Shown: positions 42,992-53,422 of the stretch, piece after piece
Numbering within the stretch: the first letter of the stretch is position 1
Layout of the letters: every line of letters starts with the position of its first letter
Virus record (IMG/VR): IMGVR_UViG_3300028048_001169
Location: 96,001 to 160,000 of that record
Source: a virus
Taxonomy: Duplodnaviria > Caudoviricetes
Direction: 5' to 3' (one strand)
Length of the DNA: 64,000 bases
Notes under the pieces: model-generated
The model's input: the letters and a program-made list of their open reading frames with translations, nothing else
What the model was told of the DNA's origin: nothing
Databases searched by the model: none
Translations under genes and position numbers: made by a program

Positions 42992-43240
42992 GATGTACTC
43001 AACATCATGCTCCTTATTAACCAAGCATTCTATATTAGAGCATATCAGATATTTAATCCTAGAAATTGTATGTATATTTCTAGATCAAATGGTATGTGTA
43101 ATAAGGATGTATTGCCTCAAAGAGATACACTTATTAATAGTAATACAATTGTCGGATTAGTAAAAGATAAATATTCTCAAGATGACTTGAAGATGATCAC
43201 CAAGCTCTTAGATATTAATCAGGCTAGTCCAGTTCATTAA
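42992..43240 (+). CDS. Phage RNA polymerase beta' N-terminal half, exon 2 (spliced product 536 aa)
   Basis: DVLNIMLL...FNPRN.MYISR.NG...PQRD. Confidence 0.88.
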   Translation, partial: DVLNIMLLINQAFYIRAYQIFNPRNCMYISRSNGMCNKDVLPQRDTLINSNTIVGLVKDKYSQDDLKMITKLLDINQASPVH

Positions 43241-43290
43241 TGCTTAATAGATAGTGGGAGAGATAGTTTGTCTCCCACTATTTTATTTTT

Positions 43291-44253
43291 ATGAGGAGGG
43301 ATATTATGGTAGAAGAAAAAGAACCAATATTCACACTTATACATGAATATGATGATCAACGACATACAACATCACAAGTATTAGTTCAAGATACTATTGA
43401 TGATATAGGAGATATATCGTTATGTAGAGATTATCTTGGACAAGAAGTACTTACAAATGTATCTGGTATTGGAGATCAAGATATTAAAGTAAAAACTCCT
43501 GCTGATGAAGAAGGATATAAAATAGAAGATAATATTGTATTCGAATTATCTTTATTAAAGTCAGAAGTAGAACATGGTGGTATTTGTATATGGGAGCGTG
43601 TTAATGCTAATACGACATGTACGTATCAATTAGGTATTCGTAGTATGGACATCAAGTTCCGAGACAATGTATATTATACAGTAGCTGATCATAGTTTTTA
43701 TGCTATGAAAGAAGATGATTATCTAAGCGAACAACGATATGGGCAACCATTATACTATGAAGCTCATATGATTGATGATGATCGAGTGTATATCATAGAC
43801 CATTCAATTAATGAATCTTATGTCATTAATTGTGCAGAAACAGAACCTGAAAAACAAATGGAAATGGAACTAATACCAGTAACAGATCTTAGTGGTCCGG
43901 ATATTAAGAATAATTATAATTTGATGCTGCATGGTGATCATTATAATATCTTTTATCGTGGATATGAAAACATGGTAAACTATTATAATTTACGTGGTGG
44001 TGAATTATTCTACTGTAAATATATTGATTATGGGGAAAATGGATATTACAGTAGTATTTATAAAGTCCCTGTTGTGTCAATGGTAGGAAAAACTATCATG
44101 GATTCTGATAACTATCACCCATATTGTATCGAATCATGGGAGATAACAGATAATATATCTGGTTTTAGGTGCCATAAAAAGGAGTATGTGATTCTTACAA
44201 ACGAAGAAGAAATTGAATTTGTAAAAACAAATATCGAGAATCATATATTATAA
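43291..44253 (+). CDS. Hypothetical acidic Tyr-rich protein
   Basis: GAGGAGG RBS (likely start 43306). Confidence 0.7.
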   Translation: MRRDIMVEEKEPIFTLIHEYDDQRHTTSQVLVQDTIDDIGDISLCRDYLGQEVLTNVSGIGDQDIKVKTPADEEGYKIEDNIVFELSLLKSEVEHGGICIWERVNANTTCTYQLGIRSMDIKFRDNVYYTVADHSFYAMKEDDYLSEQRYGQPLYYEAHMIDDDRVYIIDHSINESYVINCAETEPEKQMEMELIPVTDLSGPDIKNNYNLMLHGDHYNIFYRGYENMVNYYNLRGGELFYCKYIDYGENGYYSSIYKVPVVSMVGKTIMDSDNYHPYCIESWEITDNISGFRCHKKEYVILTNEEEIEFVKTNIENHIL

Positions 44254-44304
44254 AAGAGTAGCATATATGTAGTTATTTTTTAATCACTAGAAAGGAAACA
44301 AAAA

Positions 44305-44604
44305 ATGAGTAAAGCAGGTAAGTTAGCAATTGTAGCATTGGGATTAGGAGTTGCAAATGTAGTAGTAAATGCAATTGTGGTGAAGAAACTCCATGATCAT
44401 CACGGTATCAATGAGTATTTACTAGGCAAATCGGAAGCACAGGATGATGTGATTGATAGTATCTATCACAGAATGGTAGATGACACTACCTCTATACCAT
44501 ATCCTAAGTTTGATATGAAGAATCTTATGAAAGATTTTCCATTAGATGTTGAAGATGATACCGATGACGATGAAGATGATCTTTATGAAGAAGATGATGA
44601 TTAA
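44305..44604 (+). CDS. Membrane-anchored protein with acidic tail
   Basis: N-terminal hydrophobic helix; D/E-rich C-terminus; early motif at 44241. Confidence 0.7.
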   Translation: MSKAGKLAIVALGLGVANVVVNAIVVKKLHDHHGINEYLLGKSEAQDDVIDSIYHRMVDDTTSIPYPKFDMKNLMKDFPLDVEDDTDDDEDDLYEEDDD

Positions 44605-44654
44605 TATCTTTGAGGATCTCTAGAATCACAGAATGGATAGGAGGTAATAACTAG

Positions 44655-45053
44655 ATGCTAGAACATGAACCAGAATATATAGACAGATTAAAATTAATAC
44701 CAGATAGATGTGATTATGATGATCTAGTAGCTGTCTCAGTAGATCAAATTTTCCATGAAGAAGTTGCGGATGTAGTGGAGCGAGAAAAATATGATCTATT
44801 AAAATTAGCGTATGATACATTAAGACGTGCACTATCATGTAATAGATCTATTGTTATTCCGGAAGGAGCAACTTTCGGAGATATGTTTATGGCTATGTTT
44901 CCAAACTGCAAAGTTTCTGAACATGATGTACATGGTTATATGGAAATGAAATGTGGTGTAGATGTAATAATTGCTTCTGAATATCGATATTACTCAACGT
45001 GGATTCCTTCTAGTTTGTGGAACGCACCATACAAAATAGAAAGTGAGGAATAA
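44655..45053 (+). CDS. Hypothetical protein
   Basis: IPEGATFGDM...WNAPYKIESEE, a pattern common in Clostridial phage small genes. Confidence 0.7.
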   Translation: MLEHEPEYIDRLKLIPDRCDYDDLVAVSVDQIFHEEVADVVEREKYDLLKLAYDTLRRALSCNRSIVIPEGATFGDMFMAMFPNCKVSEHDVHGYMEMKCGVDVIIASEYRYYSTWIPSSLWNAPYKIESEE

Positions 45054-45056
45054 GAT

Positions 45057-45389
45057 ATGAAGAAATTGTTTATTTCACAGCCTATGAAAGGTAAAACAGA
45101 TGAAGAAATCGAGGCTGAAAGAGAAAAGGTTATTGCTTCTGTAAAGGGAGCATTGGGTGAAGATGTAGAGGTTATTGATAATTTCTTTGATATAATCCGT
45201 TCATATGATGTGAGACCATTGTGGTTTTTAGGCAAGTCTTTGCAGCTGCTATCAACCGCAGATATAGCATATTTTGCAGAAGGATGGGAAGATGCTAGAG
45301 GCTGTAAGATCGAGCATCAGTGTGCAGATGAATATGGCATTCCATTAATCATTGAAGACTATGCAGAGCAGAAAGAAAGTGAGGAATAA
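45057..45389 (+). CDS. DUF4406-like (nucleoside 2-deoxyribosyltransferase-fold) protein
   Basis: KLFISQPMKG...LLSTAD.AYF..GWEDARGCKIEH. Confidence 0.7.
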   Translation: MKKLFISQPMKGKTDEEIEAEREKVIASVKGALGEDVEVIDNFFDIIRSYDVRPLWFLGKSLQLLSTADIAYFAEGWEDARGCKIEHQCADEYGIPLIIEDYAEQKESEE

Positions 45390-45392
45390 TAT

Positions 45393-45665
45393 ATGAAAGT
45401 AAATATATGCGGAATACTACACACTGTAATCGAGTGTGATGATAAATTTAATGCACATTTCGGTCAGATAGATTATAAGGCTTGTGAGATCAGGATTAAT
45501 AAAGACATGACACAGGAGGCTAAAGAAGAGACATTGTGTCATGAGATGGTACATGGCATATTTGCTCATCTTGGTTATGATGATTATGATGCAAATGAAC
45601 AGTTAGTACAAGCATTGGGAAATGCTATATACCAGGGTTTCAAAGTCAAGACGATAGAAGAATGA
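45393..45665 (+). CDS. Small HExxH zincin-like protein
   Basis: GQIDY...IRI...TLCHEMVH...E. Confidence 0.7.
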   Translation: MKVNICGILHTVIECDDKFNAHFGQIDYKACEIRINKDMTQEAKEETLCHEMVHGIFAHLGYDDYDANEQLVQALGNAIYQGFKVKTIEE

Positions 45666-45725
45666 TAATCAGACTTGCTAGTGTGCATCATTGGTCATAT
45701 TGATCAGTAGAAAGAGAGGATAAAA

Positions 45726-45935
45726 ATGAAAGAAATGAAAGTTTATCGTGTATTTAAGTTTAATCCATTTGGAAAAGAAGAACTTGTAGGAATTGCTAAA
45801 ACAGAGAAAGGTGCATTAGCAATTTTAAAGAGAGAGTTTCCGTATATGAGAGGTAAGATCGAAAATAAAGATCTTAGATCAGATGCTCAAGCTACATACT
45901 GTCGCGATGTGCGAGAGGTAAAGGTAGAAGATTAA
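45726..45935 (+). CDS. Hypothetical protein
   Basis: GAGG RBS; cassette region. Confidence 0.65.
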   Translation: MKEMKVYRVFKFNPFGKEELVGIAKTEKGALAILKREFPYMRGKIENKDLRSDAQATYCRDVREVKVED

Positions 45936-45975
45936 AACTTGTTGGAAACGACATGTTCAAAAGCGAGGATAAATA

Positions 45976-46227
45976 ATGGAAAAATCAGAAGCAACCTATC
46001 AGTATTGTGAAGAAGCACATGGTAATGGAATGTTTTTCATTACGGATTGTTGTGGAAACAGAATGTATAGTGTTGATAATAACCCTATGAAATATCATGG
46101 GTGCTTATGCCCGAAATGTTTCAATGTTGATAATAAAACAGTGACGTTGTATTTACGTGGAACACCAGAAGGCATAAGAGTGTTTAATGAACGTGCTATG
46201 AAAGCAGAAAGCGAGGTAAGGAAATGA
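45976..46227 (+). CDS. Cys-rich hypothetical protein
   Basis: CC and CPKC motifs; GAGG RBS. Confidence 0.65.
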   Translation: MEKSEATYQYCEEAHGNGMFFITDCCGNRMYSVDNNPMKYHGCLCPKCFNVDNKTVTLYLRGTPEGIRVFNERAMKAESEVRK

Positions 46228-46377
46228 CAAGATTTAGTTCATTTACTGACAAAGAGTTAGATGTTATAGAAGAAGCATTTTATATCCAAGGGGTACTGCT
46301 TCTCGTTGAGGAAGTCGAAAGAGAGAAAAATTTCAGAATCAGAGAAAGCAGAAAGCGAGGTAAGGAAATTACAAGGG

Positions 46378-46638
46378 ATGAAAGCGATTGTTAATTTGCC
46401 AAAAGATGTGCTAGAACATCCGCATAATTATTGTTGCTATGCAGTTGCAGATCAAATAAAGGGAAATTACACACCTATTTCACAGACTGAAATAACAGAG
46501 GGTGAATTAGCAGAGTTCCTTAATAAGCTGAATAATCTTGCCAGCGACTATGGATTAGTCGTTGGTGGGTATCAGCAGGAGGAAGAAATGCTGCAACTGT
46601 TGATGATTAAGACTATTGAAGAGAAAGGAAAGGAATAA
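46378..46638 (+). CDS. Hypothetical protein
   Basis: ATG at 46378 downstream of a duplicated junction motif. Confidence 0.55.
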   Translation: MKAIVNLPKDVLEHPHNYCCYAVADQIKGNYTPISQTEITEGELAEFLNKLNNLASDYGLVVGGYQQEEEMLQLLMIKTIEEKGKE

Positions 46639-46797
46639 AATAATGAAGAGATTCTATATAACACCAAGTATATTTTGGGAAACAAATGACAATGGAGTAG
46701 GAAAGTTTACGATTGCGTGGTTATAGATTTATTTGGATATTAACTATCGTAAAAAGAAATGATGATTAATTCATAGATTGGATAAGGAGGAATTCTG

Positions 46798-47193
46798 ATG
46801 GTTGTTGTACCTGGATGGATGGCTATTTTAATTGGTTGTCTTTTAATAGCATTGATCATTGCTTTTTGTGCAACTATTTATTATTACTATGATATCGACA
46901 AATCTAATGCTGAAGTTCTAAAATCTGTCAAGGATGTATGTAAGATAAATGATAAGATTATTGATAATTATAACGATTATATTGATATAACAGATAAGGA
47001 GATAAAGCTATTAAAATCATTAATCGATACATCTAATAATGTTGCTGATAGTCATAGTAAAGAAATTGACTTACTATCCGAAAGGATAAATACATTAAAA
47101 TCCTTAATTGATATGGATCATGAGTCGATTAAAAATCTATCAGAACGTAGCATCTCGCTTGGTGAAAATCTAGAGAGGGATGAATGTGTTTGA
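46798..47193 (+). CDS. Membrane-anchored coiled-coil protein
   Basis: N-terminal TM helix; internal KEIxLL/LKSLID repeats. Confidence 0.7.
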   Translation: MVVVPGWMAILIGCLLIALIIAFCATIYYYYDIDKSNAEVLKSVKDVCKINDKIIDNYNDYIDITDKEIKLLKSLIDTSNNVADSHSKEIDLLSERINTLKSLIDMDHESIKNLSERSISLGENLERDECV

Positions 47194-47402
47194 TTTTAAC
47201 AAGAATAGTGAGGATAAGATATGACAGATAAAGAAAAACAAATCAATGCGCAGGTGATTGCTATAAGAGCAAACTTGCATGATATCATGAAAGATATTGA
47301 GCCGAAAGGACTATATAACAAGTTGGTTGGTCTTGATAGGCAAGTATACAAGATAAGAGAGATTGTAAAAGCTGAGGATTAATATAGAAGAAAGGGGTAT
47401 GT

Positions 47403-47951
47403 ATGATTCATTGCAAGGAAACAAGATCAATGCTTAAACCAATTGAAAAACTCATCTATGATAATATTAAAAATCATTTTTTAAGATTATGGTTTGTTAC
47501 TGATAAACGTGCAAGAGATTTAGCAGACACAGTTGTAATTCATGGATGTAATTCCGATACATATCGTGACATTGGTATCTATAATGCATATATTTCTAAA
47601 AAATATGGTGTTGATGTGTTTGATTGTTGTCCTGATATTGAGACAATAGAAGCAATGTATAATATGTTCGCAATGGTTGAAGACACATCTGATGTAGTTG
47701 CCGATCAAGAGGAACCGGAAATTATTAATTATAAAGCTTGCTGGGAAGCTCTACAAGATCATGTTGATCATGTCATTGATCGGTTAAGTGAGAATAAGGA
47801 GAGTTCACGCAACGCTTCAGAATTATTATCATCGTATCTTGATATCAGTAACCAGATGAAATTCATCGAAGAGTCAGATCTCAACTCTCATTGGTCTAAA
47901 CTATCAACTGCTGATAAGATCAAAGCACTGCAGAATATAGATATACGGTAG
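47403..47951 (+). CDS. Hypothetical protein
   Basis: 182-aa ORF with RBS. Confidence 0.65.
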   Translation: MIHCKETRSMLKPIEKLIYDNIKNHFLRLWFVTDKRARDLADTVVIHGCNSDTYRDIGIYNAYISKKYGVDVFDCCPDIETIEAMYNMFAMVEDTSDVVADQEEPEIINYKACWEALQDHVDHVIDRLSENKESSRNASELLSSYLDISNQMKFIEESDLNSHWSKLSTADKIKALQNIDIR

Positions 47952-47969
47952 AAAGGAGAATATGATAAT

Positions 47970-48182
47970 ATGGCAAGAGAAGAACAAATGATGTTATATT
48001 GTCCGATATGTGGTGCAGAAAACAAAGTATCAACATACAAACGTTATCATCGCAAAGAAATAATTCCAACACATCTTCGTGTTTCGGATACAAGAGAATA
48101 CGAAACACTAGTTGCTGATATATTTTGTTTATCTTGTAAACACAATATTTCAATAAAGGGAGATAATAAGTTATATGGTTGA
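47970..48182 (+). CDS. Zn-ribbon protein
   Basis: YCPICG...CLSC. Confidence 0.65.
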   Translation: MAREEQMMLYCPICGAENKVSTYKRYHRKEIIPTHLRVSDTREYETLVADIFCLSCKHNISIKGDNKLYG

Positions 48183-48453
48183 TAAAGTATACTGCCCAAT
48201 CTGTGGGAAAGAAGCAAAGACACGTCATGTTGAAACATCTTTTCCATTACTTATTGATCCAAATGATATGTATTACGATCTTACCATGACAGGATCTGTC
48301 AAATTTACTGAAAGGACAGATATATCTGGAACAGTTGTTTGTATGGATCCTGATTGTAGTTGGGAAACAAATTTCAAATATACAGAAGAACGAACTGGTA
48401 CGCTTTCTAGGAAGAGTATAGGTTCAAAAGTTGAGGTAGTTTATGACAAATAA
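48175..48453 (+). CDS. Zn-ribbon protein
   Basis: YCPICG...CMDPDC. Confidence 0.65.
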   Translation: MVDKVYCPICGKEAKTRHVETSFPLLIDPNDMYYDLTMTGSVKFTERTDISGTVVCMDPDCSWETNFKYTEERTGTLSRKSIGSKVEVVYDK

Positions 48454-48652
48454 AGAGATGAAAGAACAATCATTAAACTCCTATAATTCGAGGAGTTTAC
48501 TACCGGAGGGTAAGATGAAGGAAGATTCAACTCTCGATAAAGTAAGAGTTGAATTGGAGAAGCAAGAGAAATGGCTAGCAGAAGCAGGATATAACGCCTA
48601 CAATGTTAGCATAGCATTCAATTCAATAAGATTAGCAGCAACTGAAAAATAA
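48443..48652 (+). CDS. Hypothetical protein
   Basis: Overlapping ORF at the end of the operon. Confidence 0.55.
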   Translation: MTNKEMKEQSLNSYNSRSLLPEGKMKEDSTLDKVRVELEKQEKWLAEAGYNAYNVSIAFNSIRLAATEK

Positions 48653-48815
48653 TAAACATGGGTGCTTGAGAAACAACGGCTGTAAATAAAAGATAGTACC
48701 GTTTATTGGTACTATCTTTTATTTTTTTATTTTCTTATAGCAAACTAATGAATAGATAATGTAAAATTTTGATAAATCACATCTCTATAATATCAATAAA
48801 GGAGGATATTAGAAT

Positions 48816-49634
48816 ATGAATAAATTTGAAGAAATGTATAAAGATAATAATACATTATTACCATCACCATATGATGGAAGAGATTATCATTTGGATTCTT
48901 TAATTCCTAGAGGATCAATGGAGATCCCAGATACATATGAGACGGAGCGTACTCCATTTATTTATGACCAGGGTAACTCAAATGAATGTGCTGCTTGTTC
49001 TTATAATACTATTCGCTTCTTACAGGAAGCAGATATAGAGAATGGCGGTTCAGGTATTCCTGATAAGTTTGCTCCTAGCTTTAATTATGCTAACCGCCCA
49101 GTAGGAGAAGATTTTGAGGGTATGTATTTAAGAACAGTTTGTTCAAAAGGTCGTGAAGGATCTATTCCTTGGAATGTCTTCCCTGGGTTCTATAATTATG
49201 CAAAGTGTAAGATGGAATTCTATAATAATAAAGATAAGTGGTTAGAAATGGCATCTGATTTTGCTATCACATCATTCTACCAGTGTACACATAGAGAACA
49301 GATGCAACAAGCTATTATGGAATGCAAAGGTATTATTGCTGGTATTCCTGTGTATGATTCTCTATACAATGTCGGTCCAGATGGCATTATTCATTATGAT
49401 CCATCAACTGATACAAAGAATCACGGTGGACATGCAATCACTTTGGTTGGATGGAAGAAAGATGAAGATGGTAAGATGTGGTGGAGAATGCAGAATTCTT
49501 GGGGAGAAGACTGGGCAGATCATGGTAGAGCTTGGTTACCAGAATCATATCCATTTATTGAGAATCCTTGGGCTGTTGTAGATTATAATATATCTACAAA
49601 GTGGGAAGAATACCGAGCAAAGTATAATCTTTAA
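48816..49634 (+). CDS. Papain-like (C1 family) cysteine peptidase
   Basis: DQGNSNECAAC, GGHAITLVGW, QNSWGEDWADHG. Confidence 0.88.
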   Translation: MNKFEEMYKDNNTLLPSPYDGRDYHLDSLIPRGSMEIPDTYETERTPFIYDQGNSNECAACSYNTIRFLQEADIENGGSGIPDKFAPSFNYANRPVGEDFEGMYLRTVCSKGREGSIPWNVFPGFYNYAKCKMEFYNNKDKWLEMASDFAITSFYQCTHREQMQQAIMECKGIIAGIPVYDSLYNVGPDGIIHYDPSTDTKNHGGHAITLVGWKKDEDGKMWWRMQNSWGEDWADHGRAWLPESYPFIENPWAVVDYNISTKWEEYRAKYNL

Positions 49635-49643
49635 TACAAAAAG

Positions 49644-49669
49644 CCCAGTAGGATATAATTCCTACTGGG
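49644..49669. terminator. Bidirectional terminator, CCCAGTAGGA family
   Basis: CCCAGTAGGA/TCCTACTGGG stem between convergent genes. Confidence 0.85.
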
Positions 49670-49676
49670 TATTTTC

Positions 49677-49967
49677 TTATGCTAAAATATATAAACAAAA
49701 TGCGATTGTATAGTGTAGAATTTGATCTACTAATATATCAATCTTTTTATACCGAGCTTTCATTGCATCAATATAAAAATGCGTTGCTAGTAATACAAGT
49801 AACCTATAATCGTATCCATATAAGAATGCAAATGGTAAGCAGTACAACATACAGTGTGCAAATAATAAGTACCAGTCTTTTCCTTTATTACTAGCTAAGT
49901 AATCATCTTGCAAGAAATAGTCTCCAATAAAATGACATAATACGAGACGAAATATATTCATAATCAT
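49677..49967 (-). CDS. DUF3307-like membrane protein
   Basis: HFIGDYFLQ, H..Y, HFYID, DQILH. Confidence 0.75.
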   Translation of the reverse strand: MIMNIFRLVLCHFIGDYFLQDDYLASNKGKDWYLLFAHCMLYCLPFAFLYGYDYRLLVLLATHFYIDAMKARYKKIDILVDQILHYTIAFCLYILA

Positions 49968-49989
49968 ATCATATTCTCCTTAATAATAT

Positions 49990-51402
49990 TTATACATCCA
50001 TTGGATTATCTTTATCTAATTCTGAAACTAGCATCTCTTTTTCACCAGCTTCTGGTACTACCTTATTATCAATAGCATCTTTTGCAGCTTCCTTCTCGTT
50101 CTTAATTGTTTCTTCCATTAAGAAACACTTATCAACAATTCGTTGCTGCTGTCTAAGATCTAATTTACAGAACTCCTCAAGTGATACTGGAGCTACAGAG
50201 CAATGATCTAATTTCTCTATAAAATCTTCCGTCTCTTTAAGCAAAATATCATCAGCAATAGCTTTCTTAAATACATCTGTTTCACCAGCAGAATGCTGAG
50301 TCTTCATACTGCAAAGAGAAATATCATGAGCATTGAATAACTTCTCTCCCTTTACAATGCATGGTAAATCATCAGACTCATGTAACTTCTCCTGTTGTTC
50401 TGCTTTATTCTTAGCATTCTGGCGAGTATCAGCAGATTCATAAGTAAATCCACGATTAAACATATCTCCACCGATCTTTAAGATATTGGTAGCAAGATCA
50501 ACCATATCTTTACCAGTTGCTGCTTCAATACGCTTCCAGTTATTAATATATGTACCAGAATAAGCATAAAGCATCATCTCTAAGAATACTGGGTATAGTT
50601 CTAATGCAAAGTGAGATCCTTTTCCATATAAGTATAACCAACGCTCCACAAATACATCTGTGGTTAACTGAGGCATCTTAAATGTCTTAGCTAAAGATGT
50701 TATGAATGTATGAATATTCTCAAAATCATCTTCTGCTACATAATAATAGTCAGCAGATTTAGCATCATTCATACTCATATGCATCATAGCCATAGATACA
50801 GATCTTGCCATTGATAAATCTAATCGCATAACGTTGTATCCGAAGTATACACCAAAGATATACAGAATACGATCACGATTCTGCATATAAGGAGTTAAAC
50901 GTAAGAAATCCATTAATCCACCAGCTAACTTCATAAAAGAAGATACAGAGTACTTCTGAATATTACCATTTCTGATTAATGCTTTTGTATCATTATAATA
51001 GATTTGCTGAGCTAATACTCCTAATAAATAAGTGGAGAACTTATCAATCTCTTTGCAATAGAATTGACCATTATCAAAACGAATCAATCCTGTTACATCT
51101 ACAAAGACACGATGCTTTTTATTAGCTTTTGGATCTTTTGCATAGAATACTTTAAAAGTAGCAGGTAATTCCTTATTATGTAATAAGAGAACAATATTAC
51201 CCTGCTCCAGCATACGATATACAACAGCAGAAGTAACACGAGACTTTAATGCTTCTCTTATGGGAGCAAATGCTGGATCTGCGTAATTAATACGTTGAGC
51301 ATTTAATAAAAAATCTAATAACTGTTTTTCAACCGTACCACCTTCTGCATTTACAATGCCATATAAGTAGCAATCGGCAAAATTCTTTGGTTTATTTATC
51401 AT
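49990..51402 (-). CDS. Putative virion (head) protein
   Basis: Late-type motif upstream on the minus strand; acidic tail with TYES/LHES, possible Glu-specific prohead protease sites. Confidence 0.55.
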   Translation of the reverse strand: MINKPKNFADCYLYGIVNAEGGTVEKQLLDFLLNAQRINYADPAFAPIREALKSRVTSAVVYRMLEQGNIVLLLHNKELPATFKVFYAKDPKANKKHRVFVDVTGLIRFDNGQFYCKEIDKFSTYLLGVLAQQIYYNDTKALIRNGNIQKYSVSSFMKLAGGLMDFLRLTPYMQNRDRILYIFGVYFGYNVMRLDLSMARSVSMAMMHMSMNDAKSADYYYVAEDDFENIHTFITSLAKTFKMPQLTTDVFVERWLYLYGKGSHFALELYPVFLEMMLYAYSGTYINNWKRIEAATGKDMVDLATNILKIGGDMFNRGFTYESADTRQNAKNKAEQQEKLHESDDLPCIVKGEKLFNAHDISLCSMKTQHSAGETDVFKKAIADDILLKETEDFIEKLDHCSVAPVSLEEFCKLDLRQQQRIVDKCFLMEETIKNEKEAAKDAIDNKVVPEAGEKEMLVSELDKDNPMDV

Positions 51403-51565
51403 GATAAATTAACCTTCCTTTCAATAGAATAATAAACGTTTATTTATATAAAAGTTAAAAGGCTAAAACCTAGCAGGGGTCAATATAAAATAAAAAGTGG
51501 AACAGGAATAAATCCTGTCCACTTTTAAAGTTTTAAGTAAATAAGTAGCAATTAATTTTGTTACT

Positions 51566-52828
51566 TTATGATTGAACAGTAGGAGTCTCATCTGTTGGTG
51601 CTGGCTCTGTTGGCTCATCATTATTGGTAGGAACAGGCCATACAACCGTACCATGAGCAGTAATAGAAAGATCAGTATCAACAGTCTTAGCTGCTAATGT
51701 CTTGCCTTCAGCTGTAGCAAGTGCTGCCAACTCATCATGATTCATAACCTTAAAGGTAGAATTCTTGATCTCAAGACGAGCCTTCTGTGCATACTGTGTA
51801 TCAATAGTAGCAACTGCAACGTCTTCTCCAACCGTTGATTTAACGGTAGCATTATCCTTAATCTCGAATGTAAGATCATTTGTACCATCCTGACCATTGT
51901 ATGTATATACACCAGTCATAGCAAGGAAACCGTAATTTACTGGTTCTACACCAGATTCTGTTACAAACTTACCAAGAGGGTATGTAACAGTAGATCCATT
52001 ATTAACAACCTTAGCATTCTCTCTTACAGTGATATGACCCATACGAGCCACAATACCACCTTCAACAGTAGCTGATCCGTGAATATCAACAGTATCCATA
52101 GATGCCTGATATACAGCAGCACAACCATCTGTAATAAGATGAGCGGATCCAGTAATATCAAAATTACCTGTAGATCCAATAGAAGCCTGGTTTGATACAG
52201 AGATACAAGAAGCTTCATCTGTATGGATTGTACCACCATTCATCTTGAATGTACCACCAGTCTCGCAAACAACACCATAGCAATAGTTAGGAGTTGTCTT
52301 ATCATCTGGTGTACGTGTATCAATAAGACCACCATGCATAATACATGTACCTGTAGCTCCAGTAACCTGAATAGCGGAGTATGTATTATGAGTTGTTGTC
52401 TTAATAGAACCAGTACCCTTAGAATCCTTAATGATTAATGTACCACCAGTTACATAGAAAGCATAAGCTATACATGTAATATGATGACCATTCAGATCTA
52501 CAATCAATGTCTTACCATTTGGTACGAATGTTGTTATGATCTTTCCATCATCACTCCTTGGTATTTCATAATCAGCAACTATCTTAACTTCGATGACATT
52601 ATCAATAGAGCTATTGATAGCATGAGCAATATCTGCTGGAGAACCTACACCTGGCTCAACAAGATCTGGATATACAACCTGAATAACACCCTGCTTTACA
52701 AGCTCATGATATACCTGAGGTCTTGGAGCAACAACTGGAGCATACCACTCACCAGCCTTAGGGTTATAACCATACTTTATATCCATTCCATTTGGAGCGA
52801 ATTCTCCGATCATTCCACTATTTACCAT
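51566..52828 (-). CDS. Beta-helix-like repeat protein, possibly a virion fibre or surface protein
   Basis: LIVDLNGHHI, GGTLIIKDSKGTGSI, GGTFKMNGGTI repeats; Pro/Thr-rich tail. Confidence 0.6.
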   Translation of the reverse strand: MVNSGMIGEFAPNGMDIKYGYNPKAGEWYAPVVAPRPQVYHELVKQGVIQVVYPDLVEPGVGSPADIAHAINSSIDNVIEVKIVADYEIPRSDDGKIITTFVPNGKTLIVDLNGHHITCIAYAFYVTGGTLIIKDSKGTGSIKTTTHNTYSAIQVTGATGTCIMHGGLIDTRTPDDKTTPNYCYGVVCETGGTFKMNGGTIHTDEASCISVSNQASIGSTGNFDITGSAHLITDGCAAVYQASMDTVDIHGSATVEGGIVARMGHITVRENAKVVNNGSTVTYPLGKFVTESGVEPVNYGFLAMTGVYTYNGQDGTNDLTFEIKDNATVKSTVGEDVAVATIDTQYAQKARLEIKNSTFKVMNHDELAALATAEGKTLAAKTVDTDLSITAHGTVVWPVPTNNDEPTEPAPTDETPTVQS

Positions 52829-52934
52829 TATCAGCTTCCTCCTTTACAACTTCTTCTCTAATAAGATTACCATCCTTGTCAATCTTAACATCGGATGTAA
52901 CCAGCTTGATAGAATCTTTTGTTACGTCTGGCAT
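52818..52934 (-). CDS. Small protein (38 aa)
   Basis: AAGGAGG RBS; MPDVTKDSIKLV...; AACA-N6-TA promoter 52988-52999. Confidence 0.55.
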   Translation of the reverse strand: MPDVTKDSIKLVTSDVKIDKDGNLIREEVVKEEADNGK

Positions 52935-53035
52935 GATATTTATACCTCCTTAATTTATATTGTTTAATAGCGCTATATATGCTATTTTATATAGATGTTT
53001 TAATAGCACATTATACTAATAAGGAGGTAGATAGT

Positions 53036-53395
53036 ATGTATTTGAAGATAAATATTATTAATAGTTATAGAAAAGACTCACGAATCGTTTATTTAGACTC
53101 TGTTAAATACAGGCCTCATTTTCATAATCATTATGACATTATGTTTTTCGACTCCAGTAGGTTATTAATATTTCAATTATTACTAGATAAATACCAATAT
53201 CAATTGGATTGGAGAAAAGCAAAGAAACGAGCAAAAGAAATCTATAAGATTATAAAATCAAATATAGATCGCGATAATGTCATTTTGTGCTTAAATATTA
53301 ATACTGATGATAACAGTATTGTATTATCATTATACTATAAATATTGTAAGGTAAATAATATTCTTTATAGCAATATTATGGAAGAAAATGTTTAA
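53036..53395 (+). CDS. Hypothetical protein
   Basis: AAGGAGG RBS before MYLKIN. Confidence 0.6.
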   Translation: MYLKINIINSYRKDSRIVYLDSVKYRPHFHNHYDIMFFDSSRLLIFQLLLDKYQYQLDWRKAKKRAKEIYKIIKSNIDRDNVILCLNINTDDNSIVLSLYYKYCKVNNILYSNIMEENV

Positions 53396-53422
53396 ATATA
53401 AAATTATTAGTATAACATATAA

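Noticed and set aside
41308-43240. Two separate genes or a truncated beta' subunit
   Set aside because: Removing 42670-42991 restores ADFDGD in frame
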